From positions 1,240,001-1,304,000 of the forward strand of contig JANHCV010000004.1 of assembly GCA_025594325.1 (NCBI GenBank): a stretch of 64,000 bases of DNA, given 5' to 3'. The notes beneath the pieces are model-generated. The model saw nothing but the letters and a program-made list of their open reading frames with translations. It did no database searches and was not told the DNA's origin. Positions 38,829 to 50,137 of the stretch are shown here, piece by piece; position 1 is the first letter of the stretch, and each line of letters opens with the position of its first letter. Made by a program: the position numbers and the translations under genes. Source of the stretch: Blastocladiella emersonii ATCC 22665 (Eukaryota > Fungi > Blastocladiomycota).

Positions 38829-39897
38829 TTAGTCGAACAGGTCGAAGTCGACGTCCTCCTCCTCCTCGGAGTCCTCGGCGGCGGCCGCGGGGGCAGCAGC
38901 CGAAGCGGCAGCGGGGGCGGCGGCAACGGCGACGGCGGCGTACGCCTCGGGGTTGGCGAGGCGGTCCTTGACGGCGTCGGCCAGGGGGAACGACAGCTCG
39001 GTGGCGAGAGCGATGGCGAGCACGTTCTTGTAGCCGTTGACGAGCGAGTGGGGGACCGAGGCGACCGTGGGCACGCCGATGGCGAGCGACACGGCGGCGA
39101 CCTCGCGGATACCGGCGAGGAGGTGGCCGATGAGGGTCTCGTCGTCGACGTCGAGGACCGAGGGGTGGAAGATGTTGCCCTCGTTGAACACCTGCACAAC
39201 GGAGAGACCGTAGGTGAAGGGCGAGATGTTCATCATGTTGAGGAGGGTGGCCTCCGAGGGACCGACCTTGGAGCCGGCCTTGATGAGGGGGAAGTCGGAG
39301 GTGATCTCGACGGTACCCTTGGTGATCTTGGTCGGGATGCCGAGGGCCTGGAAGAACGAGGTCTTGCCGGGCTCCATGCCGGTGTTGCCGGCGGGGACGG
39401 TCACGTCGAGGGGAGCGAGGGCGCCCGACTTGGCGGGGGCGCGGACGCGGTCCTCGACAATGCGGTCGCGGAGGGTCTTGAGGTCCTCGTTGGTGAAGAT
39501 GAAGCCAACGTTGCCCTTGATGTGGGGGAGGATCTTCTCGTAGGCGGGCTCCTCGGCGATCAGGACGCGGAGAGCGCTAAGAGCGGGAGGCGGGGGGAGC
39601 GAGGGTAAGCAATCGTGTTTTCGCCGAGGACGATGGCGCGTGCGCGCTCGAGCGAGCCGGGCGGGCGGCACGAGCGGCGCGAGCGAGCGAGCGTGTGAGA
39701 TATGCGTACCGGCGAACCATGGTGTTCTTGCCCATGAGGACCTCGGCCTCACCGCGGAGCTTGCGGCGGACGGAGTGCATCTGGTTCGAACCGACATTGT
39801 CGACGTTGACGATGAAGATCGACTTGTACTCCTTGAGGTTGGACTCGAGCTTGTTGACCCAGATGGCCTTCTTGGAACGGGCGTCTCCCTTAGACAT
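38829..39897 (-). CDS. RPP0: 60S acidic ribosomal protein P0 (uL10)
   Basis: [50 protein letters not shown] and an acidic tail [12 protein letters not shown]; one intron. Confidence 0.98.
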
Positions 39898-41805
39898 CTT
39901 GAAAGTGTGCTAGGGGTCTTCAACGGGGAAAGATTTAAAGACGGCAAGGAGAGCAGGAAGGGAGCGCGGGCCGATCGACCTAGTTGACCGCGGCGGGGGG
40001 CCAGGCGGCGGCGGGCGGCGGCGCGGCGGGTGGGCGAGCAGGGTGGGCCGGAGGTTGCGTGGCGGGCCACGCCGCATCACCTGACTGTCGCACTCGGCGT
40101 TGCTAGGCGCTCCCCGAGGCGAGGCGCCCCCGCCGGCGGCGCCACAAAACGTGATCGGCCGCACCGCGATCGGGCCGCGCCCTGGCGGTCGCCGATGGCG
40201 GCGTGGTCGGCCCCGGCGCCGGCCCCCTCTGCCCGCGCACCGGTCGCGTTGCACTACGTTGCACTCACCTAAGATGCGATGATGACAGCGGGCTGCGTCG
40301 AGCGTTCATCACGGCGGCCAAGGGCGCGATGCGCCGTGGCGGAGGTTGCGCACGCGTCGCTGCGCCTCGAGGATACGCTTCCCCACGCGACGCGCGGGAT
40401 CGGCTGCGCGAGCAGGCCGCCATCGCCCTGTGACTCGCGCGTACCGCAGTGAGCGGTGAGACGGACGCGCCGACTTGAGAGGCTGCTGAGGAACCCGGCC
40501 GACCGGCCCGCGCTCGCGCGACTCGTGTATGCTCGACAAGGACGAGGAGTCGCCGCTGCCTCCCAGCCGCCTGCCTCACGGACACGACATCAGCGCTTCG
40601 CTTGCAGCGTTCGCGGACCCCGTCTCGGTGCAACCGCTCCTCCTTGCCGCTCCGCACGCCATCCCTGCCTCCGCCCGCCCCCGTCGCCCCCGCCGCCGCA
40701 CCGCCTCACTCCGGGGCGGATCCTGCGTCTGATCCTTGCGCGCGGCGCTCTGCTACCGCCGTGTCTCCCCGCCCTCGCCCTCCCTCCCCTCCCCCGTCCA
40801 CGCTGTGGGCAGTCTCGCTTGCATCTCGGACTCTGCTCTGAAGCCTTGCTCTGCGCAGAAGCCTCTGAGCGTGGTACGTGTCTCTCTCCCATGCCGCCGC
40901 CCTCTCCTCCCTCGCCTCTCTCCCCTCCTCTCCCTCTGCTCGCCACTCGCCATCGCATCGCGATGAGGAACCCACGGTGATCGCGTACTCGGCGGCCGTC
41001 ATGGTGGCCACGCGCTCGTGATCCCGCCGCGCCCGCGCCCGCCCTCGCGTTCGCCAGCACCGCGCCGCTGCCCCGTGACGTGCGGTCCGCGCCCGTCCCG
41101 TGTTTAAAGAGCGGTGAGCGCGACGTCGAGTGCTGAGCGAGGGTGGCTTTCCTAGCGGTCGATCGCTCCGCAGCGTGGGCGCGGCCGATGTGTTGCGCGC
41201 CCCGCTGTCCTCTCTCGCTGGCGCGGCGCCGCATCGCCGCATAGTGCGGCGGGAGGGGAGCGGCGGCGATGGCCTCCCGCGCCGGCGCCGTGTCCTCGAT
41301 GGCACGCACGTTCCATCACTCTCGCTGCTGCTGGCGTGGCGGACAGGCCCGCGCTGCATCGGCCGGCCGCACGAGACGCTGATTCTTGGTCCTTCTATGA
41401 TCCTGTCGCCTGCACCCGCCCGCCCACCACCTCTCTCGCTCTTCATTCACTCGATCTCTCCCCGCCCCGCTGCCCTCTCGACGCTCTCAGCACATCTGTC
41501 CTGAACCGGAACCAGTACGTTTTTCTTCTCGTGAGCCGCGCCCGACTGCCGCTCGCCCGCCCGCCCCCCCATCCCTCGCTCCACTCCTCTCGTCCAGACA
41601 CAGGGCGGCCGCCATCGGCCATCGACGCGACCTCGGGCATGCGTAACGCTACGCGCAGGCCTCGGACCGCGACAGAGTGGCGCGCCCGCGGACGGCGGTG
41701 GGGGTCGCTCGGCGGTCAGGCGAGTGGGCGCGGCGCGGTGCGGAACGGGAGTCCGTCGCGTCGGCGTGCTGCGCAGAGCAGAGCAGAGCCCGGTCGGGTC
41801 CCACG

Positions 41806-41830
41806 CTTCGCTTCGCTTCGCTTCGCTTCG
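41806..41830 (+). repeat. (CTTCG)5 microsatellite
   Basis: Five perfect units upstream of the WC-2-like gene; a short (GCAGA)n run lies at about 41773-41788. Confidence 0.9.
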
Positions 41831-42258
41831 CTCCGCGTCTTGCGCCCCCTGCTGCTCGCCGTTTCGCCCCCTACTGCTGCCCTCGGTGGCTGTGCACGGC
41901 GCTGCTGCGCCGCCGGCCGACGCGGCGCAGCAGTGGGGCAAGCGTCAAACCGGGCATCGATCCGCGCCGCGGCCATCACACGCCGCCGCACCGGCCATCG
42001 GCCTCCCGCCCGCCCTGATCGCCCGATACCGACCACCCCTACGCCCGCCGCTGACTGAGGCGCCTGAGGCGCGCGTGCATGTGCGCGAGTCCCGGCCCCC
42101 GTCCCTGCCACCACCAACCGCCCGAGCCTCGCGCCGCTCTTCTCCCCCGCCGCCCACACGCGTCGATGCGCGCGCAGCTCGATCCGTGCACCCACCTGTA
42201 CTCACCTCCCTCCCCCGCCCTCGCTTCGATCGGCTACAGACCACAACAACAGTCTCCC

Positions 42259-44225
42259 ATGGAGTACCCGGCCTCGCGCCCGCACCTGATGCGGCTACCA
42301 CCGGCCTCGCTGCCCGGCGGCGGCGTGCCCGCCGGTGTCCCGCTGCCCCTCCCGCCCGCGCCCATGACGGCGCTGCCCGCGAGCATTCCGATGCCCGTGG
42401 TCCCACGGCCAGCGACCGCCCCCACCGTCGCTGCGCCGGCACCCGCGCCCGGTCCGCCGCCCGCTGCCCCGCCGGCACCGGCAGCGACCGCGCGGGCCGA
42501 CCCGTCGCTCGACTACCTGCCCAACCCGCTGTTCGCCACCTTCACCAAGAGTCGCGTGTGGTACGTTGCGTTCTCCGGGTGGTCCCTGCCCATTGCGACA
42601 AGCAGCCGAGTGCTGATGACCGGTCCCTGAACTGCGCCGTCTAGGGCCCAGAAACTGGTCGAGGAGCTGTCGGACCTGGTGTACGGTTGCCTCCTTGCCC
42701 CCGATCACCCCGCCCATCTGACGCCCGTCCGCCCTGCTCCCGCGCACGCATACGCACGCTTAGCATCATCCTCACGCCCCAGGGCAACATTGTCTTTGCC
42801 TCGGCCTCGAGCCGCAACGTCGGTACGGTCCTTCCCTCCCGTCGCTCCAGTCAACCTCCCACTCACCTCCCATCACAACGCAGTCGGCTTCGCCAGCGAC
42901 GAAATGGTGCAGCACCACGTATCCGAGTTCCTGCACCCGGACGACGCGCGCGCCATGGGCCTGGCGGTCGCCGCGGCGGCGCGCGCCGGCGACCCGTTCC
43001 AGCTCGTGCACCGGTACCGCCGCAAGAACGCCGACTACGTGATCCTCGAGATCCACGGCCGCCGCATGGACGCGTTCGTGCCGCGCACGGATCTCCCTGC
43101 CGCCGCAGCCCACGACCGCGCGCGCCGCGACCCGACCCTCATCGTCGCCGTCGGCCGCGAGTACCCCGGCAAGCTGTCGCCGTTCCTCGACTCGGTCCTC
43201 GACCTCAAGATCGAGCACGAGCGGCTCGTCGTCCGCAAGCGCGAAATGGAGGCTGCCATGGCTGTGCGCGCCGCCGGGCAGTCGGCGACCCGCCGCCGCC
43301 GCACGACGCAGAACGGGACGCGCGCGCCGACTAGCTCGCTCGCTAACAGCCTCGTTCTCGGCGGCGGGAACACGGCCATGGACGAAGACTCGCGCGACGC
43401 GCGGTCCGAGTCCAACTCGTCGGGCCTCGACGAGAACAGCAGCAACACGGGCAGCAGCGTGGCCGACTCGAGCAACGGCAACGGCACGCATAACGTGCTC
43501 GGCCGCCCTATGCCGTCGGTCCCCGCCATGCCCATCGGCCTGACGCCCTCGACCATGGGCATCTTCGGCCCGCCCGCGACGCAGCCGGCGGGGCCCAACG
43601 CGCCCGCGGGCACGCGCGCCGACGAGTCGGGCGACGGCCGGTGGTACAGCAGTTTCGCAGGCAACGGGCCGGTCCCTGCGGGCGGCGTGCCCGACACGGG
43701 GTCCGGGTCCGGCGACGCCAACGGTGGTGGTGCTGCACCCGCCGCGTCCGGCGAGACGACGGGTGCCGCGGCGGCAGCGGGCAACGGCGGCGGCGGCGAC
43801 CCCGACGCCAGCGCCGTGGACGCGATCCTGCAGCGCAAGCGCAAGCGGCGCACCGTCAAGCAGCCGCAGGAGCGCGTGTGCATCGACTGCGGCACCACGC
43901 AGTCGCCCGAGTGGCGCAAGGGTCCGACGGGCGCCAAGACGCTATGCAACGCGTGTGGGCTGCGCTATGTACGTTTCTCGCAGTGGTCGTGGTGTGTGGA
44001 GCGTTACTGACGAACTTCGCGCGTCCCGCGTCGGCCCGTTCTTTCGCAGGCCAAGAGTACGTTCTTCTCCTGCCTTCGTGCTCGGCGCAGAGCAGCTCGC
44101 TGACCGCTGCCCCTCGCCGTCCCGTAGAGGTCAAGACCGAGCAGCAGATGGCCAAGGACGCGGCGGCCGCGGCCATGGGCTCGGGCTCGGCCGCCGCCGG
44201 CGGACCAGCACCACCAGCACCCTGA
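42259..44225 (+). CDS. White collar-2-like PAS plus GATA zinc-finger transcription factor
   Basis: [94 protein letters not shown]|AK|KVK. Includes a 7-nt exon at 44050-44056. Confidence 0.88.
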
Positions 44226-44435
44226 TCTCCGCTCGCCGTTGGATACACCGACGATACGATAGTGTGCGCACCGCGGTTGTGTCCGTCCTGAGAGAGTGAA
44301 AACCAAAATGTACCCTATGCCCCCCTCCGAAAGCGCTGTCCTCGTCAGATCAGAGCCGCGAACCTGGCCGCGAACTCGCGCGTCCGCTCCACTCTCGCGA
44401 CCCCTCCACTCTCGCGACCACGCCCACTCATTGCA

Positions 44436-45742
44436 ATGGATCAGGTCGAAAAGACCCTCCGAAGTCTCGGCAAATGCATCACCGCTGACGCCGCGGGCGG
44501 CTGGGCGACGGCGGGGCCCAAGGTCCTCGACCGCGTGAACCGTCTCGCCGACCAGCTGCTGGACCTGACTGCGTCGGACACGGCCACGCAGCGCGCGATC
44601 CTGGACCTCGGCGGGCGCGACCTGCTCCTCAAAGTCCTGTCCGAGGCGAACGGCGGCGACGCGGCCGACGCCGACCTGCAGTCGAGCCTGGAGCGCGTGC
44701 GCGAGCGGTGCGTGTCGTCGCTGGCGAACCTGGCGCGGACGCCCGACGTCGCGGCGGCGCTCGTCGGCTACGCGCCGTGCGTCGACCTCGTCATCTTCAC
44801 GTTGCTCAACGAGGCCGACACGCGCGTCCTCCAGGCGGCGGTCCGGTTTCTCCAGACGGCGTTCACGATCCTCGCCGCGGACCCGGGCGCGTTGATCGAC
44901 TTGATCTCGGCGGTCCTCGACAGTAACGCGATTGAGCACTTGTTCTTCATCATCAACAACACGCTCGCGCCTGCGCTGTTCAATGATGCGGTTGCGCTCG
45001 TTACGACGGTGCTGTGGATGTTCCACCGCCGCCTCGCGCTCGACGCGGGGGAGGGGGCGGATCCCGACTTCCCGTTCGTCCCGCGGACCGAGGTCGAGGG
45101 CGTCGTCGCGTACCTCGTCGCGGTGCTGCAGCGCGGGGTCCTCGGTCAAGACGGCGCGGTGACGGCGGCGCCCGGCGCTGAGGTCTCGTGGCAGGTCGCC
45201 GCGACCGTCGCCAAGTGCCTCGGGACCATGGCGCTGATCGGGCCCGCGTGGCAGTTGCTGCTTGGTACGCTTGTCGTCGCTGGCGTGGCGCGACACGGGC
45301 TAACGAGGGAGGGAGTGTAGATCCGCACGCGCCCGCGCTGTACCGCACGTTCGCCGCGCTGTGGCCCAGCATCTCGCGCGACCCGGACCTCGAGCCGCTC
45401 GCGGGGTACTGGCTGCGCATCGTGAGCCAGCTGAACCCCGCCGGGTGGTCTGTCGTGGTCAAGGCGATCGCCGACGCGGGTACGGTTGGCGTTCACCTTC
45501 ACCTCACCGAGCTTTGAGAGCTGACACGCTCTGCCTGTGTAGACGCACCAAGCGCGGACAAGCTCGCCGAGACGGCGGTCCTGCACTCTCTCCCGGCGCT
45601 GGTCCGCGCCGCGGCCCCGTGGGTGACGCGCGCGACGGTGCGGCGGTTGCAGGCCGAGTACCCGGACGCGCTGCAGGCGCTCGAGGCCGCGGCGCCCAAG
45701 GTGCACGGCGAGCTCATGGCGCGAGCCGGCGTTGTTGCCTAA
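44436..45742 (+). CDS. Uncharacterised alpha-helical (ARM-like) protein, 3 exons
   Basis: ORF 44436..45320 continues in frame through two GTACG..TAG introns (acceptors at 45320 and 45542) to TAA at 45740-45742; host-like codon usage. Confidence 0.7.
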
Positions 45743-45768
45743 ACTACGTTGGATATATTGCCTAAAAC

Positions 45769-47172
45769 TTACTCCTGCTCGAGCTGCACGAGACACACTT
45801 CGGGGACGTACACGACGCCGCCGTCGCCCGCGACCGCCAGCCCCTCGGCGCGGCAGTTCTGCCCACACACGAACACGAGCGCGGTACCAAACTCCATGCC
45901 CTGCATCCACAGCGACGGGTGTCGGCCCGCGGCCTCGAGCTCGGCCTGGTTGGGCGGCGGCGCCTGCGCCTCGACGTTGAGCAGGCTGAGCACCGTCGGC
46001 ATCACCTGGCACTCGTACACGCGTTTCGCGCCGCAGTACGGGCACGGTGGGACACGGCCGTGCGCGGCGGACGGCGCACCACGCGGCATCCCGTGCGCGA
46101 CCGTGTGTTCCGAGTACGCGAGCGGGCTGCCGCCGAAATGGTACCGGACCGCCTGCCGCGGATTGTCCTCGACGCGGTCCACGAACCGCGCCAGCGTCTT
46201 GGTGTACCCCTTGATCCGCGTCGCCTCGTACCCCTCGGCAGACACGTCCCACCCTGGAACCGCGTCGTGGGATGAGCCGGCGGCGGCGTCGAGCTCGGCG
46301 TCCAGCGCGCCGTCGCCCAGCTGGTAGTGCGCGTACGCGGCGGCCTTGGCGTGCTTCGACTGCACCCACTCCTCCTCGACCGACAGGTACATGGCGGGGA
46401 ACGACGGCGCGGCGGTGGCGGGGTGGAGCGACAGGTCGGCGAGGGATGACGCTAGGGTCTCGTCGGTCGCGGCGGGCGCGGCGTCGGCGGCGACAGCGGG
46501 TTTCGGTCTCTTCTGCTTCTTCTTCTTGCCCTCGACCGGCGGCGCGGCGGCGGCAGCGGATTTGACCGGCTTGGTGGGCGCAAACTGGAAGTGCGCGTCG
46601 GCCGCTGCGGCCGTGCCCCACCCGTCGTCGTCACCAGCGGCGGCGGCACCAGCGGGCTCGTCGCCCCACCCGCCGCCCGCGGCCGCATCGCCGCCGTCGT
46701 CCTCGGCGCCGAACGCAGCGCCCCACGCGTCGTCGCCCTGATCGAGGGAGAACTCGACCGTCTGCCGGGGCGCCGCTGCCGGTTCCTGCACCTCCTCGTC
46801 CTCGCTGACATACACCTCCTCGTCCATCCCCGCGCCAGCCGCACCCGTATCAAGTCCGCGGAACACGGCGAAGCTCCCCTCGCGCAGCATACACCGGCGG
46901 CGGTTACACGCGAGGACGTAGACGACGCGGGCGTCGATGGCGTCGACGGGCGCGTGGAGCTGGGCGACGAGGAACAGCGGGCGGTCGCACGCGGCGCACA
47001 ACGGGTGCGGGAACGGCGCGGCTGCGGACAGCGGGGTCGCGGGCCCGCCGATCCGGCTCACGCGGAAGTCGGCCAGGTCCGCGGACGACGTGATCGCGCC
47101 GTCCGGGAGGGCGATGAAGTCGCCGGTCGCGGCCCAGTCGTCGTCGGCGGCGGCGCCGGCGTCGTGATACAT
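45769..47172 (-). CDS. TSR4: PDCD2-like uS5 chaperone (Tsr4/PDCD2L)
   Basis: SRIGG..CAACDRPLFLVAQLHAP..VYVLACNRRRC, and a PDCD2_C domain (NPRQAVRY, CPYCGAKRVYECQVMP, MEFGTALVFVC). Confidence 0.88.
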   Translation of the reverse strand: MYHDAGAAADDDWAATGDFIALPDGAITSSADLADFRVSRIGGPATPLSAAAPFPHPLCAACDRPLFLVAQLHAPVDAIDARVVYVLACNRRRCMLREGSFAVFRGLDTGAAGAGMDEEVYVSEDEEVQEPAAAPRQTVEFSLDQGDDAWGAAFGAEDDGGDAAAGGGWGDEPAGAAAAGDDDGWGTAAAADAHFQFAPTKPVKSAAAAAPPVEGKKKKQKRPKPAVAADAAPAATDETLASSLADLSLHPATAAPSFPAMYLSVEEEWVQSKHAKAAAYAHYQLGDGALDAELDAAAGSSHDAVPGWDVSAEGYEATRIKGYTKTLARFVDRVEDNPRQAVRYHFGGSPLAYSEHTVAHGMPRGAPSAAHGRVPPCPYCGAKRVYECQVMPTVLSLLNVEAQAPPPNQAELEAAGRHPSLWMQGMEFGTALVFVCGQNCRAEGLAVAGDGGVVYVPEVCLVQLEQE

Positions 47173-47379
47173 GGTGATTCGTGTGATGGTGATGAGGAGG
47201 GAGCGGTGATCCGAAAGGTTGGCCGTTGTGTTGGTGGCCGACTCACGGGCCGCGCGCCACTCGCGTGATCCGTCGCTGGCGGCCCCCTGGGCGCAACGCG
47301 GGACGCGTCTCCCATCCTGCAAGCAGCGACGACAACATCAAAGTGTATTCTCTGTCGATCTCCATGGAGCGGACACCGC

Positions 47380-48140
47380 TCAGACGACCTTGGACAGGGC
47401 GCCTAGGTGGCCCTCGAGCGCGCCGAGCCACTCGCTGAGCTGGGTCGAGACGCGGGCCGTGTCGGTGCCGAGCTTGGCGTAAAAGTCCTTGCGGTACGGG
47501 CACGCCTTCATGGCGACCGTGAAGATGGGCCGCACGACGAAGCTGTGGTACTGCTTGAGCGTCTCCTCGTACGACTTGGTGAACGACACGGTCAGCTCCT
47601 CGTCCGCGTTGGTCACGGACCGCCGCAGCGCCTTGGCGCAGAAGTCGAGGCCGCTACACACATACGGGGATAGTCAGCGCGCGTGTTTCGAGGAGACGAC
47701 GACGGGGGCGCGCGTACCGCGTGAGCCACAGCAGGCCCTCGGTCGCCGTGTTCTTGCCGTCGGCCTTCTCGCTCGACACGAGCTTCTGCAGCGTGCTGTT
47801 CTTGCCGTTGTCCGTGTTGTAGCGGTCGCGGATCTTCTACACTCTCGCAGTGGCGTGAGACAAACCGCGTCGTCGTCATCGCACGGCACGCGAACGGCAC
47901 GCACCTTGACGTTGCCCGACATGTCCGACTGCACGGGCTTGAACGCCGACGAGCCGAGCAGGTCTACACCCCCTCATGCACCGTCAGTGCACACACGTTG
48001 CACGAAGCAGCACGCCGCAACGGACCGAGCATCTTGATCAGGTCCTCGGTCGCGGTCAGGAACTCGGCCGTGTTGATGCCGTCGTCGGTGACGGTGACCT
48101 GCGTGTAGTTCTTGTTGAGGGTATCAAAGTACGTCGTCAT
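47380..48140 (-). CDS. Glycolipid transfer protein (HET-C2/GLTP), 4 exons
   Basis: Spliced product: INTAEFLTATEDL, DLLGSSAFKPVQSDMSGNV, TATEGLLWLTRGLDF, YEETLKQYHSFVVRPIF, ACPYRKDFYAKL. Confidence 0.93.
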
Positions 48141-48420
48141 GGTTGCGGTGGGTGGCAAGGGGAGCACGAGAGCGAGGACGCGCGGTTGGGGGTGGCCCTT
48201 TTTGTAGGGCGGCGGGAGCGACGCGTTTCGCGGTGCAGGTGCAGGACGGACGATGCGACGCGATGCTCACCGAGCGACCCGTTCCGAGCATCCTCACGTC
48301 TCAGGAAGGGGCGAAAATAGACGGATGGATGGAATGGTGTTCGATTATTCTGTACAAGGTTGCTCTCGAGATCCCGGACCGTCGATCCGGGCAGCAACGA
48401 CGCGTCACGGCCAGACCCCG

Positions 48421-48971
48421 CTACGGGTTGGGTCCCAGCGGCGACCTACACGGCCGAGGAGAGCGTTCATGTCAGCCATCACCATTGCCATCGGGAGAAG
48501 AGAGCTTCGCGTACTCGTTGCTCCCGCCAAACCACGCGAGCAGGCGGATCGCCATGAACTGGACCTGGCGGTCCGCGACGAACCGCCGCTTGTCGACGGC
48601 GCACCACAGGTTGTCGCGGAGCCACTCGCGCGTGTAGACCACGTTGGGCTGCCTGACTTTGGTGAGAATGACCTTGTGCCGGCCCTCGGGCGCCGTACTT
48701 GTCCCGAACCCGCCGAGCCACTCGCGCAGCGCGCTTGCCCAGTACAGGTCGGGCATGCCCGCAGGCGCGCCGTCGCTACGTGGGTGCATGCGTGAGTTTG
48801 TCGAGGATAGGGTGGGCTTGGCGAGAAGGCGGACATGGTGAGCCGGCGGAGCAGCGGCCTCCCGCCCGTGCCGCACGTCAGCAGCACGCCGTCAACGCGC
48901 TCGCCCTCGTCCGCGAACCGCGCACGCGGGATCAGGCCGTGGTTTACTTGGGATTTCGTTGCACCAAGCAT
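48421..48971 (-). CDS. Hypothetical protein of about 140 aa, 3 exons
   Basis: Exons 48971-48835, 48775-48515 and 48445-48421 join in phase (introns 48776-48834 and 48446-48514) and end NESPLGPNP*. No family recognised; the start is uncertain. Confidence 0.55.
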
Positions 48972-49575
48972 CGTCCTTTCCACGTCCACGCGGGGTTGGT
49001 GGGAAGAGCGAGGGAGGAGAGAGAGCGAGGGCAGCAAAGCGGCGGTGTGCGCGAACACGGCAACGGGCGGACTCCCACGCGCGCAAGTCTGTCCATGGCC
49101 ACGCAGCTCGCCGCCGCGTTGTGATCTCCCTGTGCTTCGGCTACCTTCGAGAGAGCACCGAATACAAGTACAGCGCTGGATCACTCGATGATCGAGAGAT
49201 AGCTTCGAGGGCAAGTTGTTCCCTGGTCCGTGGTTCGGGCCTTGGGTCCGACGACACGGCACGAGGAGGAGAGAGCCTGTCCCGGAGCAGCTGTAGAGCC
49301 CCGCCGTAACATGATGAAGCGGGATCTGCATCCCCGCGTTGCCGTCAAACGTTCTGCCGGCCGCTCCACAAGCGTCAAGACGACGCGACGCGCCGCGCCC
49401 GCTCAGCAACGCGAGACAGCCGCGCGAGACACGCACGTGACCAAACACTTTTCACTTCACTTCTCCCCCTCGGCGCGGCCGATCCGTGCCTCAGCGTTGC
49501 CTTTCAGTCCCCGTGCTGCGACCCCACCTCATTGCTACGAATCGACACTCGCTGCAATCGGCTCCACGCATCACC

Positions 49576-50041
49576 ATGAACGCTCTCCGTGTGGCCGCTG
49601 CCGCCCGCGGCTTCTCGACCTCGGCCTCGGCCCTCGCGCAGGCCGCCACCACCACGGCCGCCAAGGCCACCCGCACCGTGCCGCCACCACGGGGTGTGTT
49701 TTTGCGTTCTTGGTTTTATGTTGATGGTGGACTGGGACTGACCCGCGGGATCCTCTCAGGCAAGGTCACGGACGTCAAGTCGTTCCTGTATTACATTGGC
49801 CGCAACTCGGACGCCGTCGAGCCCAAGATCAAGGTCCGTTCAACTTCCTTGAATTGCTCTCTGATCCCCATCACTCACCCGCCCTCCTTAGTCGTGGGAC
49901 GCCCTGTTCACGTCCACGTCCGAGGAGTTCAAGGCCATGGGCCTCAACCCGCGCCAGCGCAAGTACGTGCTGCTGTGGGCCGAGCGGTTCCGCCAGGGCC
50001 GCGACCTGCACGTCATCAAGAACAGCGGCAAGCGCAAGTAA
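49576..50041 (+). CDS. FYV4: Mitochondrial small-subunit ribosomal protein mS41 (IGR domain)
   Basis: Mitochondrial-presequence-like N-terminus; DVKSFLYYIGR, SWDALFTSTSEEFKAMGLNPRQRKYVLLWAERFRQG; two introns. Confidence 0.85.
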
Positions 50042-50137
50042 ACCGCCCGCTCTCCCTTCTCGCTTTGTAGTCTCATCACCATTTGTCCAATGCAAAACTT
50101 GTCCTCTAGTATCAAACAGCCCACCACAAATCGCGCC

